A DNA stretch of 64,000 nucleotides from Eledone cirrhosa (GCA_964016885.1 OZ024750.1:10974001-11038000); one strand, 5' to 3'; shown: positions 11,682 through 25,132, numbered from the stretch's first letter. The notes: generated by a model not told the origin, from the sequence alone. Translations and numbers: made by a program.

Positions 11682-13396
11682 GAAGATGTACAGATGATGA
11701 TGATGCCACCATAGGAATGTGACTAAACGAAATAACACGTAGTTTATATTTGATATTATATAACCCACACACATAGATATATAAACTATATGTACGTGAT
11801 TATGAATGTTTAATATACTACCCATAAGTTATCGATCACTATAAGCCTGTAAATGAGATAAGATGGGGTAATATTTAGCAATTTTGGTTCTTCAATTATG
11901 AATAATTCCTTGAGGGCATTTTGGGATATTAAAACTGTCAGCCATATTGTTATTATCGATATGTTGATAGGGTTTCTTCCGCTTCATTTGTCCTGTCCAA
12001 ATATTAACACGTCAATTTCAGCGCAACTCTCTTAATATCAGGCATTTAATCAACATAGTTTATGCTTTAATTTTATATTTATGGGAATCCTCTAGGTATA
12101 GGCATTCTCTTATTTTAGTAAATGTTCAAATGGAACTAAATTGCTATAGTTTAGAAAAAGTTATCTTAGATATAAAGGTTTTAAACAATAAAGGCTGAAA
12201 TTTATCCGTTTCAATAAATATTTATATAATATTTATATAAAATTACAGAAGAAAAGGACATTCTCTTCCTTACGTCTCAAAATGTAGTTCTATTTAAAGT
12301 AAAACAATTGCCCTTTGGCGCCACGGGGTACGTATTTGTACCACAAATCCTATGTGATGATAATTTTCCCTTTTCGTCCTACAAGTATCTGTGATTATGA
12401 ACAAGGGCCACAGGTGTTACCTGTCCTTCAAAGCTAAAGAGGAGAAATAGAAGAAACGAAATGCTTTATCATGTATCGTGTGAGGTATTAAAATCTCAGA
12501 CAGACTTGCTACTTTTTTATATTTTCTGAAATAATATAATTTCTCACAACTTTTAAATTGGGACATATGATTTCAATTATTAGGGCAAATAATTATGTCT
12601 ATTGTTTATATGTTTAGTATCCGATATCTAATTAAATTAATGAATTAGAGATATATTTGTTCATTGTCTGGATAATAACATATGACAAATTTATTCATGA
12701 TTTCTATTTGCTTTTATTTACATTATCAAATTTAAAACATATTAATTAATATTTGATAATTAATGTTGAATGTCTATTGTTTGAGAGAATAAATCTTAAA
12801 ATATACAAATAATTTATCTAGTAATGTTATAGGTTTTGCAAGAATAATATTACACGTAAAATAATATATATATGTACACAATATTGTCTATGACTTGAAT
12901 CAATTTCAGTTATTAGACAGCAGTCAAGTTGTGGCACAGACCTCAAGAAATTTAATTAAACTTTCTACATCAAGAGATACTTGAAAAAGAATCAATAAAC
13001 AAAATATAATTAACAACTCTGGAAGGTTACACTTCAAACAATGTCGGTTTTTTTTTTATTATTTCATTGTTTTATCTAACGATATTATTGTTTTTAATTT
13101 CGACATGGTACGATTGGTGTATTGTGTTAATATAAGGGTTTCTTTTAGATGTCCTCTATCAAGTTCGCAATCAATAACTAATCACTAAAAGGTGGAAACA
13201 GAAGTAACAAAACTAGACCCTTTTTAAAACACAGAAAAGGAGGAATCCATAAGAAATAATAACACCCTTCCCACCAAATAACAATCAACAATATCAATCA
13301 AAATAAGTTTTTTCTTAAATAATAAGAATAACACAAAAATACTAACAACATTCGGTTGACAACATGATTTGTTTGCGGCATAGAGTTACGGCCCAA

Positions 13397-13614
13397 AGGC
13401 GGTGGATTGGCAGTATCGATAGAAAGTCGGACAAGATGCTTTGTAGGATATAGTTGTATTCTGAGTTCAGCTCTCGTCGAAGTTAACTTGGCCGTTCATC
13501 CTTACGAGGTCGATAAAATATAGTACCAGTAATGCACTGGGGTCGAGTTAATCGACTTTCCCCTCCACCTAAATTGCTGGCCTTGTGCATATAATAGAAA
13601 TCATTATTATTATT
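13397..13614 (+). mobile_element. SINE family 1, long subtype
   Basis: Consensus plus the GGTCGAGTTAATCGACTTTCCCCTCCACCTAA segment; (ATT)n tail. Confidence 0.9.
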
Positions 13615-13619
13615 ACTCA

Positions 13620-13808
13620 GGCGGTGGATTGGCAGTATCAGTGGAGGGTCTGACGCCCTGCTTAGAGTTACGGGCCTTTATGATCCGAGTTCAAATCCAA
13701 CCAAGGTCAACTTTGCCTTTCATCCTTACGAGGTCGATAAAATGAAGTACCAGTAATGCACTGGGATAATTGCTGGCCTTGTGCCAAAAGTAGAAACAAT
13801 TGTTATTA
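13620..13808 (+). mobile_element. SINE family 1, short subtype (tandem with previous copy)
   Basis: Matches consensus. Confidence 0.9.
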
Positions 13809-14351
13809 CTCTAATCGCGTATCTTTAGACTCGCTTGTCTCATGGACGAGAAAGAAATCTAATAATTCCTTTTAGGATATACTTTAGCCGCATTTATTCA
13901 TTTTAGTATAGGAGCAATTTTCATTTTTCTATTTCCCAGAGCATGTAGACGGTATAGTTAATATTAACCTATCTGAACTTATTGGATTTATTTAATAATG
14001 CATATTTATCCACTTCAGAATTATTTATTTTCATTTAGATGAGAAGAATCACATCGAAGCAGTGGAATCATGATTCGGTGTATAAATTTGCATAATCCTC
14101 ACTTTGAATTGATAATAAAACCTTCAGAGACAGTTAATCTTTTCCTTGCGACCTATATGATATATTAAATTATATGCCTCCGCAGAGAAACCTATTAATT
14201 ATGAAACGACTATACACATATATATATATATATATATATAAGCAAAACAAGAACGAAAAATGACATGAGCTTTCTGTTTTAACTATAATATATAATATAT
14301 TATATATATATGTAATATATAAATATATACATATGTATATATATATATATA

Positions 14352-14549
14352 TAACAAAGAAAGTGTGGTAAGGAACTAGGTGGAGCATAACGTACCAGAG
14401 TACTTGATACTTAGGGTAGTAGAGTGGTAATAGGAAAAGAGTCAGGACCCCGACGGCTGAGCTCTGGCCGTGTCGACAGCTAGATCCGAACAGTTCGGAT
14501 CTAGCTGTCGGAACGACCGGAGCTCAGCCGTCGGGGTCCTGACTCTTTT

Positions 14550-14554
<5 letters not shown>
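14352..14554 (-). mobile_element. family B PLE-like element: 125-bp palindrome plus ~78-bp tail
   Basis: 14430-14554 is a near-perfect palindrome centred on 14492; tail 14352-14429 is shared with 24977-25055; both ends in (TA)n. Confidence 0.75.
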
Positions 14555-14616
<62 letters not shown>

Positions 14617-14628
14617 TGAGAGACAGAC

Positions 14629-14669
<41 letters not shown>

Positions 14670-14673
<4 letters not shown>

Positions 14674-14840
14674 ATATAGAATTGGCTTCTACAGGACTAG
14701 AACTGTTTCCTTCGGAGGGTTATCCTGATGATTTCCTCCGAATGAAAGAGTTCTAGTCCTGTAGAAGCTATTTCTATATTAAATATGTATACTCTGCTAC
14801 CTTATTTACTGTGGTTACCCCCGATTGAACCCGGGAAAAA

Positions 14841-14841
<1 letters not shown>
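14670..14841 (+). mobile_element. family A element with short inverted arm and HHR core
   Basis: CTGATGA 14725-31, TTTC-CTCC-GAAT, GAAA...CTGTA; 14670-14717 is inverted relative to 14735-14783; ends CCGATTGAACCCGGG like the 8907 end. Confidence 0.75.
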
Positions 14842-14929
<88 letters not shown>

Positions 14930-14932
<3 letters not shown>

Positions 14933-15047
14933 GCTTCTACAGGATTAGAACTCTTTCATTCGGGAGAAATCGAGATGACCACACTTAAAATAGATGATTT
15001 CTTCTTATGAATGAAACAGTTCTAGTCTGGTAGAACTCATTTATATA
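14930..15047. mobile_element. family A decayed fold-back copy
   Basis: CTTCTACAGGATTAGAACTCTTTCATTC (minus) and GATGATTTC...GAATGAAACAGTTCTAGTC (plus). Confidence 0.65.
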
Positions 15048-15150
15048 ATAATAATAATTATTATTATTATTATTATACACACACACACGCACACCCAAGA
15101 GAGAGTAGTTGTTTGTATAAATTTCATATGACAATAGAAGGACCAATATT

Positions 15151-15279
15151 ATGATCCTGATGATTTCTCCTGAATGAAACATTATAGTCCTGTAGAAGCC
15201 TTTTCTGTATTAAATATTTATACCCTGCTTTGTATTGAGTACCTTACTTACTGTGGTTACCTCCGATTGAACCCGGGAT

Positions 15280-15282
<3 letters not shown>
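15151..15282 (+). mobile_element. family A element with HHR core
   Basis: CTGATGA(15157-63)-TTTC-TCCT-GAAT-GAAA-CA...TGTA; tail matches 8830-8907; ends at (CA)n. Confidence 0.75.
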
Positions 15283-15337
<55 letters not shown>

Positions 15338-16488
15338 TATGTTGTATGAATTATTCTTTTAAAATAATATGAATTGTGAATAGCAGAATCAGTTTAGTTC
15401 CGGACAAAATAGGTTACGCTATTTAGATTTGCACCAGTATATTAGATTAAAGTTGTTTAGAATCAGTGATATTCTAATACAAATTATATATACATTCAAC
15501 ATCAATGACAGGCTGATGTTAGATATGACAACTTGATGATTTCTTAATAAAAGCCTAACAAAAAATAAAGCGTTTGACATGAACGAAAATCACAACCCAA
15601 TAATAAAATTCCCCAAATTTGACAACATTGCTAACACATATAATAATTAAACTGAACACCACATCCAATTACAAGAGACATCAATGTTAAAACTTCCTAT
15701 AAATATTGCAGACAAGGTTTCTTCAGAAAATGAAATCGAAATAGATTACTCTTCTTTGTTGATTTTTCAAAGAAATTATCGTAAATCTGATTTCACTGAC
15801 TGCTAGTCAGATATGTGTCAACATACCATAAAAAAAAATCAATTAAAAATTCGATTACGGAACACACGGTATAGGCGCTTTTATCATTTTAGTCGACCTT
15901 TCAAGATATTTATCTATTTCAATTTCTTTCATGTGAACTAAGATTCTGCATTAATTGCAAGATAATTGCCGTACAACAAATTGGCTGACACCAATAGCAA
16001 GTACTTCCCCAAGTTACATTTGTTGTTATCATTACATACAAATTTTAATTAAAAAATATATGCCGAAACGTTTAAAAGAAAATAGAAATAAGTTGTAATT
16101 GTAACACAAAATGGAATGAATATCATCAAGGAATAATTTGAAAAGATATTCGAGAATTATCATTTGAGATATAGAAATGTTCATCTTCGGTGAATGGATA
16201 TGTAGAGAATTCGATACATAGTGAAGCCTGTAATTATATTATAAAGCCTTTCAGCCAAGCTATTTTATGATAATAAGAAAATAAAGTAATTCCACCAGAA
16301 CACATTTCAGCGCGGGGAATGGTAAAATATTTATAGCGATTGACAAAATACCTGTCGATGTTTTGTTATGTTTTCTGTTTACGTTTTTTTCTTTATAAAA
16401 TCACCTTTGCATTCATCTCCACATTCTGGGGCCAATAAAATAATCTTCATATATATCTTTCCTAACCTTCTGCTTATGTGTATTTTAA

Positions 16489-16631
16489 GGCCCCACTCAG
16501 TCACGAATGACCATGGTTTTGCAACAAAGTGTCTTGCTCAAGGACACAACGAATCACCCGGTCCGAGAATATAACTTACAACCTCTCAATTGCAAGCCCA
16601 ATGCTCTAACCACTAAGCCATGCACCTTCAC
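16489..16631 (-). mobile_element. tRNA-derived CORE-like SINE (family 2), internally deleted
   Basis: Minus strand TGAAGGTGCATGGCTTAGTGGTTAGAGC...GTGTCCTTGAGCAAGACACTTT joined to a tail matching 46438-46470. Confidence 0.75.
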
Positions 16632-16659
16632 ATAAATTATGTGTAAATTATTATCAAAT

Positions 16660-17178
<519 letters not shown>

Positions 17179-18384
17179 AGATAGAGAAATATAGAGGGGG
17201 ATCTCGAAATGATTGAAAATATAAAATACTCATGTGTACTCTGTTGTGCTTCTACCAATACTACTTTATATTGGTTGCCTTACTCGTAAAACTGTTTATT
17301 TACATAATGTTATTTACGTTATTTAATATTGTTTCCCGGTAAGTTTTTGCAACTGATGAAGCGTTAGTACATGTCTGAATGTATTTACAGTAACAACATT
17401 AAAAGCACGATTTGCATCAAACTCAATATTCTTTTCACAGCATGTCAGTTCGTACGAGAAAAGATTTAGAAAGATTCTTCTGTTTTTTGTTTTCCTTCAG
17501 TTATTGTATAATCATCAAAAGTTACACAAACGTTTTGCAGATGTGCGAGAAAATGATGTTTTCCGTTTATCCACATTCGAAATGGAACACACTAAAATAA
17601 TGCACTGAAACAAGAAAATATTTAAAACAAATGTTCGTTTGTTTCTTTTTTTAAAAAAAGTTATCGAATTGAAGCTAATATAAAATCTGCTTACGTTCAC
17701 AACTGTACGGAAACTACTCCATTAACCACTTACACAATTTCATAAAATTGTGCATTTTCTTTACATGGAATGCATTGCTTAATGAACGATTATTCAAATG
17801 TCATGTTTTCTATAAACATGTAAAACTTTTCTGCATATACATCATCATATTCAGCACATTCACCGAGCTAAATGTGTATATATACACAACGGAATTTGCC
17901 AATAAATCTCTGTTCAGAATATTAAATGAGTTTGACTTTTATTAATGCTTTATTTTTTTAAAAATATACTTATATATTTTTCTACTTTATCAAATCTCCG
18001 AACAATTACAAGATATTGCAAAACCATAAAAGGAATTATTACGATATTATAATTTTATGTTCCCTTTTTGAAAACATTGAAATCTTTCAGTATTAGTTTA
18101 TCCATAGCAGATGCAACATCAACATATGTGCTGCACATACAAATCATTTATATAAGATAACAAGCATAGTAAAATGATAAGATGGTTCAAATTTAACTCA
18201 TGCCATTCACTTAAATATAACCACGCTAAACCTTTCGTAGAGGAAACGTTTAAGTAGTTAAGTAGAATGTTTCCAACTAAATGAATTAAGTTGTAAACTA
18301 TTTATAATATTGCAATAACTCATAATTGGTCATATACTTTGCTGTGTGATGTAGAAAGAGAACTGATATTAGATCCGTGTGTTA

Positions 18385-18588
18385 GGGCGGTGGATTGACA
18401 GTCATCTGTAAAGCGTCAGACAACATGCTTTATGGTATAGGGTTACGTCCATTTACGACCTGTGTTCAAATCCCGCAGAGGTTAACTTTGCCTTTCATCC
18501 TTACGGAGTCGATAAAATATAGTACCAGTAATGTACTGGAGTCGATTTAATCGACTTTCCCCTCCACCTAAATCAGAAACCAATATTA
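18385..18588 (+). mobile_element. SINE family 1, long subtype
   Basis: Matches consensus including the GTCGATTTAATCGAC segment. Confidence 0.85.
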
Positions 18589-20364
18589 CATTTGTGTCAA
18601 ATCACCCACACAAGGGAGATAATCCTTCCATGATTGAAGCACGGCTGTATATTATATCTGCTGGTAGTATCACAATTGATGCTGATAGTGATTTTAATAA
18701 TCGTAATGTCGATTATAATAATAATTGAAAATGAATTGGAATTCTTTTGTCAACTAGAACATATCGCTGTAAGTAATCAAAATTGAGCTATTGTAACAGA
18801 GTTAAGTTTTATAAGATGACTGTTACGGTAGAATTGTATTTTGAATTTAACCAGAGGATAAAATTGGGTTGTTTCTGCTCTAATGTAATATATACTAAGA
18901 GTTTATCATTCAAAGCATGACTGATCTTCAGATTCTAACTTATTCAAATATATATATGCACCGATTGTCTTCTAATGCTTGGCTTATTTCAATCATGAGG
19001 AAAACACAAAAGAAAATTATACTGATAAATTCTCCTTGCGAAGATAAATATTTAAGTGTCATTTCCAAACGATGCCTTCAATTCGTTTCTAAATGGCACT
19101 TATGATCAGAATAATATATAATTACTTTTCCTTGTATTATATCTTATTTCTGAAGAGATAAAGGACACTATGTATAGTTTATATGTAAAATCTATTCATC
19201 TGATGTCTCCTAGATAATTCTAACCTCTTTATCTTTTAGTCGTATGATGTTCAAAATTCTCATTGATTGTCTACATGAATATATTCACTGTGTATATAAC
19301 TGTTTCATTTCCAATTCTTCTTGAAATCGTTTAGAACAACAACTCTATTTAAATGGTTCACTCCTGCCTGCAAATTTGATAGAAATAGAAGTAGAGGTTC
19401 CCTTTTCTTACTTAGTCTCCATAATATTCAGAATATAAAACATAATTCTTACATATTCTTTCATGATGTAATGTTTTCACGAAACTAATAGACAATTATG
19501 TCAAAGGAACCATTTTAGAGAATAAAAAAGCAACAGTTTTTCGAACACGTCCAAAAGTAATATTCGATATTCATTTAGATGACCTGTCTACTGTCACTAG
19601 ATCAATATCTGCTCTGATATTCCAAAGTTCAGAAATATCTATTTATCAGTTAACGGCTAAATCAATTTATAGGGGAAACTAAATGTTATAGAACATTGTT
19701 TTTCTTTTACAGAAGATTTGCCGCAGTGAAGTTAAATGTATCACTAGATAAAAATTAAGGAATTGCGTGACATCGCTTACTATAAATCATTCTATCTTGT
19801 TGAGTCTAGAGTTTACTAATTGCTTGCTAGATTAAGCAGCTTAGACAGATCTATTGCAATAAGAGCCAACAATCATATGTAAAAGTTTTATTTTTCTTAC
19901 AATATTGTCTTTTGCATATTTCAAAATATATAATGTATTATGTGCAGAATATAATTTCCTATAAAAAAAAATTCATATTTCGGAAGCTCTGATATTGTGA
20001 TGGAAAGTAAATCAAGATTAAACCACAAGTTATCCCAGAATATATGTAGATTTACGGTCATTCCAGGTTATTTTCTCTAATAGGAATAGTTTCCGTTCTG
20101 TAGGTTACACCTTAATAACCCACCCGCAGCACATTATTATAACTTAATCTAACGATTTGGGTTATTATTTCATTGTTTAGTCAGGCAGAAGGTTCGTGCG
20201 CATGACGTCTTATTTTTCAGGAGGTCTGCAGCATGTGGGAGCTATCATCCAACCAGAAACCTGACTTTAATACTTGTAATGAAGTTGGCTTCACTAAAGC
20301 ACCTCTATAACGCGTCGTAACAATTTGATATATATCTCCACACGTTCTATCTACCAACCAAATA

Positions 20365-20455
20365 GTAACACGACGAGATTTGAATCCAGGATGTAACGGC
20401 AATAAACAGAATACCGCAAAGCATCCTGTCCGACGCTTTAACGCTTCCGCTTGTA
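20365..20455 (-). mobile_element. old SINE family 1-related head
   Basis: GAGATTTGAATCCAG...AAAGCATCCTGTCCGACGCT is the reverse complement of the SINE head. Confidence 0.55.
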
Positions 20456-21458
20456 CGTCATCATCCCGGAAGCATGATAGATAGTTGTCATCAGCGGGAG
20501 CTGAATTCAAAACGCAAAATACTGGAAGAAATTCGCTGTATGGATGAAATATACGATATATCAGCTTTAAAAAATATAAAGAACACCTTTCTCCTTTTCA
20601 GAAATGTCCGCTCACCGACACCAATAGTTGATCTATTATAAGTTTCCTTTAAGATACTTTCCCGTAAAAATGAATAAAATATAATCTCTTTTCAAGACAA
20701 TTTTGAAAATCAACACAACTACTTTCCTACTAAATTCTTTTTTAGATCACAATATTCTATTGCTGATTTCATGTTGTTTTTTTAATGTCTCGTATTCATT
20801 CTTTATTTCAATTTCTTTTCTTCTCCTGGTTCTTTTACAGAGAATGTAAATTAAGCATTTATCTTTGCAGTATTTTAACTGTCGCCAACAAGACTGTTGC
20901 ATAAGCTTTTATTAACATTAACGTTGCAGTCATTTCTCTAAATACTATTTTCACTCTGCCATATTCACACAATTCTATAACTTTAAATTTTATGTTACGT
21001 ATTTCCTATTTTTTTCTATTCACATACAATCATTGTTCAATAGTGAAAGTTGTTTTATAGCCGTTTGAATGTGCTGGCAGTCTACCCTACATTTAGAATA
21101 TAATAAAGGGGGATTAGTGAAAATTTAATATATGAATACAGGAAAAATTATTAAATATATGCGTTTTATTTAATATTTCAAGTCTTATTTCATATTCAAG
21201 CCCATGGTTTTGATGTTACATACAAATGAAGCAACAAAGCTGAAGCGAAATATTTGGATAGTCCTTCTTATGCCAAACATAGTGTATCTGGAAACAATTA
21301 ATGAATTATTGTTTCGGTCCTGCACGCACTGACATCAATATAAAAACTGGAATTACATTCACACACATATACAGGTACACACAAACAAACACATGGCCGC
21401 TTATATGGTATATTAGTGTACACGTACACATGTTTATATATATATATATATATATATA

Positions 21459-21595
21459 TTCTCGAGGGGGATCGAGAGGTGACGGCAGTAAAAAAAGGTA
21501 CTCAGTACGTTGGTAGAGTATAAGCATCATTATTTTATATAGAAATGACTTCTACGAGGGCGAGGGGGGCTAGCACGGTTTCATTCTAATGAAAT

Positions 21596-21597
<2 letters not shown>
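21459..21597 (-). mobile_element. family A-related element (A') with truncated HHR
   Basis: Minus strand TGA-TTTC-ATTA-GAAT-GAAAC...CGTA-GAAGTC, with tail TATACTCT...TGAGTACCTT...TTACTG..GT.ACCTC as in family A; TA on both sides. Confidence 0.65.
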
Positions 21598-21691
<94 letters not shown>

Positions 21692-21696
21692 TATAT

Positions 21697-21816
21697 TTAA
21701 ATGGTAAACAGAAATAGCAAGACAATCGGTACAGTATATGGAAGGAATATTAGGTTAACGGTTAAAAAAGTTGGAAGAGGGTCTTAACATTTCGGACACT
21801 AGTCCTTCATCAGAAG

Positions 21817-21820
<4 letters not shown>
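21697..21820 (-). mobile_element. family D element with minimal HHR
   Basis: Minus strand 21817-21782: TCTT-CTGATGA-A-GGAC-TAGT-GTCC-GAAA-TG-TT-AAGA, with perfect 4-bp stems I and II; embedded in (TA)n. Confidence 0.7.
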
Positions 21821-21849
<29 letters not shown>

Positions 21850-22429
21850 GCATATGAGACAACACAATGTTAAAAATAAAGCGAGAGAAGTTATTACAAA
21901 TGTGTGCTTACGTATATAACCAAGGACTTTAACTTGATCTTGTTGTTTTTGCCAATAAACATTGATGTATAACATCATTAAAAGAAAGACTACTGAATTT
22001 CTCAACTAATTAATTTTTAATTGAACAATTCATATTAGCTTGTAATATGATATCTGGAAAACGATACTATACACCAATATATTACCTTAACGTTAACGAG
22101 TATTTTATTATGTGAATGGAAAAGTTTAATTATCAGGAAAAATACTTTGTTAGTTATGATAGCGTTTATGTTCATGCTAAATAGTGGTTTGATAAAGATT
22201 ATTGTCCTTATATAGTAGTTTCTCTTTAAGGTCACTTGTTAGTGTATTGTTACTTATACACGTTTGTGATTTGAGCTCAGGATTTAGGTTTAGGATATTA
22301 TATGACGAAATTGTACGAAGATATTGCTTTCTAGAAAGGACTTAAAGCTTGATTAAATTGACGTTTTATTCATTGTGTAGACAACACATCTATACAGATG
22401 TATTGTGAAATCATATTATATTACATTAA

Positions 22430-22620
22430 GGGTGGTGGATTGGCAGTATCGGTAGGGGGTCGGACGCCATGCTTTGCAGCAAAGAGTTACGGCTATTTAT
22501 GGTCTGAGTTCAAATCCCGCTGAGGTTAACTTCATCTTTCATCCTTACGGGGTCGATAAAACAAATTACCAGTAATACACTGGGGTAATTGCTGGCCTTG
22601 TGCCAAAAGTAGAAACAATT
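22430..22620 (+). mobile_element. SINE family 1 with TSD
   Basis: Consensus match; TTATATTACATTAAG on both flanks. Confidence 0.9.
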
Positions 22621-24394
22621 ATATTACATTAAGATGTCTACAGAGATGTCGAATGTATGTTAGCGTGATGTGCACATTTATATTAATATAAATAAACGTT
22701 ATTACCTCGAACATTATCGAGACAAAGCGTGGGTGTATTTGAGAATTTGGACGCAAGGAAGAGCTGTTAAAGCAGCCGAATGCCGCCAATGACAACATCA
22801 TGTAAATCGGGTAAAATACATCTAAGGACAGATAACAGTGGCCACTAATCACTAAAGCGAAAAATAACGATGTGAGGTGGTGACAGATAGATGAAAAGTA
22901 GAGGAGTGTGTTGGTACACAGGAATGATAAGTAAAGAAGAAAGAAAGGAAGAAGAATGAAGATTAAGGTTACAATAAGAGTCGAGATGAAAAATTATAAA
23001 CCTTACAAGAGGATTCCAAAATCACAGATAAAATTGACCTCGACAGCTCCCAGGCTGTTTTAGAGTTTCGCAGGTATTAAATTGAGAGGCCTACAATTTT
23101 CTATGCCATCTCGTGCAACAGAAAAATAAACATTTATAAATAAACATTTCTGCTGGTATGATGACGTGGGGCGACAACAAAACAGACGAACCAGTGTGTG
23201 AAAGAAAGTGTGCTACCCCAACAACGTGCTACTGTGCAGCAAGCGGATATGACTACAAGCAACTGATTCTTGTCCGAAAGGGTATTTTCATCCGAATTAC
23301 ATACTGTTATTTTGATGATATTTGACTGTTTTAATAGCTATTCTTGGCGTTCGAGATTTCAAATTATTCCTATGAATTTACATCAATATATTATGAATAC
23401 ATATCCAAAATATTCTATTCTTGGTATTTGTGTATTATTTATATTTATTTAATATGAATGATATATTCTGTGATTATTTTCCATTACAAATCTGAAGTAA
23501 TTTCATGTCGATATTTATATATTGCTTATTTTCTTTTAAATATGAATAAAATATAGAGTGATGATTTCTTATTATTTCCCATAACATTTTTTGGTCGTTT
23601 ATTTCGATATATTTGCTCAAATTAAAAGCCAATGCTTAAAATGCGATGCTTGTATGTATATGGAATATGTAAAAAATAATAAATGAGTAGGTAGGTGAAC
23701 GATCGGAAGTTAGGGAAAAATACATTCGAAAAATTGGATAGAGATACTCCGAGATTCAGACATGACCGACAGGAGATGAGCCTTTGTGACATTAAAAGGA
23801 ATTTGAGATACGAATATTGAATATAGAATATAGCTAAAAGTTCAATGAAGAATAAGAGATGTAGTTTATATATTACCAATATCACGAATAATTCTTGAAA
23901 TAAAAAAAAAAAAAACTCTTGCTCTTCTTCAGGAGTAAATTTATATAAACTCACAACGCAGCCGATCCATTGTAACTCTCCGAAAACGAATTAAGCCAAG
24001 AGGCAAGCCGAGAAGGAAACGTTATTCAATTTATTTCAGATGAAATCAATACAATAGGAAGATGCTTAACAAGTTTAAAAGTTGTTAATATTTAATTTAT
24101 GAAATGTTATAGAAGAACTAAAGCAAAATTTCCCCAATCGTTGAATCGATATTACAACATTACAATTGTATAGAATACGAGTCTCTCTCATATTTCATAA
24201 AATCTTTTATAACTACAATTATCTAATCTAATATTTCAGTTAATTATATGATACATTTGATGCTTTAGCAAAAATATTTTTTCTGTAATCTTATATAAAA
24301 ATATTAAACAAATATTCTCTTGACACAAAGTACGAAAATATAATTTTAATTTTATTATATATGCGAGGTACAAACATATGTCCCCATCCCCACC

Positions 24395-24473
<79 letters not shown>

Positions 24474-24481
<8 letters not shown>

Positions 24482-24545
24482 TAACAGATTAAAGTTTAAG
24501 CAAAGAATCGCTGCTTTCACTCTTAACAGGATCTTCTGAAACTGA
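24474..24545 (-). mobile_element. family G fragment
   Basis: Same sequence as the arm of the 38736-38837 palindrome; minus strand CAGAAGA-TCCTGTTAAGAGT-GAAA is a degenerate HHR-like motif. Confidence 0.55.
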
Positions 24546-24620
24546 CAATTCAATCTGTAAACGCAGAAGTGAATATTTCAAAAAATGTTGCAACCGGAGG
24601 AACACAGGAAGACGATACTT

Positions 24621-24892
24621 TGGTTCGTGGAAACGTTCCCTGGGAAAGAACGGGAAAAAAACGAATATAATACGTCATTATTTGGAGCGGTGAAAAACAA
24701 TTACACGCAAAGACAGAACCACGTTTACGGTATAAAAGAAGTCGTAGACTAATGTTCTCTTAGGTGGTTCATAGAGACGTTCTCTGGCAATGAACGGAGA
24801 AAACGAAGATAATACGTCATATGTGGAACGTGGAGAACAATTGCACGCAAAGACAAAACCACGTAATTGGTATAACTGAAGTCGTAGACTAA
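24621..24892 (+). repeat. diverged tandem duplication (period ~140 bp)
   Basis: TGGTTC...AATACGTCAT...ACGCAAAGAC...GAAGTCGTAGACTAA occurs at 24621-24752 and 24765-24892. Confidence 0.8.
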
Positions 24893-24976
24893 AATTCTAA
24901 CTAGGAAACCGAATGATTCTCCGCTCCGGAGTTAAGAATAAAGTAAATAAAATACATAGGTAATTGAATATATATA

Positions 24977-25132
24977 TAACAAAGAAGGTGTGGTAAGATA
25001 CCAGGTGAAACATACCGCACCAGATTACTCGATACTTAGGGCAGTAGAGTAGGTAATAGGAAAAGAGTCAAGACCCCGACGACAATCGAAACGGTTGGAG
25101 CTCAGCCGTCGGGTTCCTGAATCTTTACCTAT
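24977..25132 (-). mobile_element. family B element with a different fold-back point
   Basis: Same tail as 14352-14429; inverted repeat 25056-25132 containing GAAACGG-ttggagctcag-CCGTC-GGGT. Confidence 0.7.

Noticed and set aside
17353-17385. CTGATGA hammerhead core
   Set aside because: No stem II or GAAA in register.
23158-23290. Short Cys-rich reading frame (CERKCATPTTCYC)
   Set aside because: No convincing splice sites or family match.
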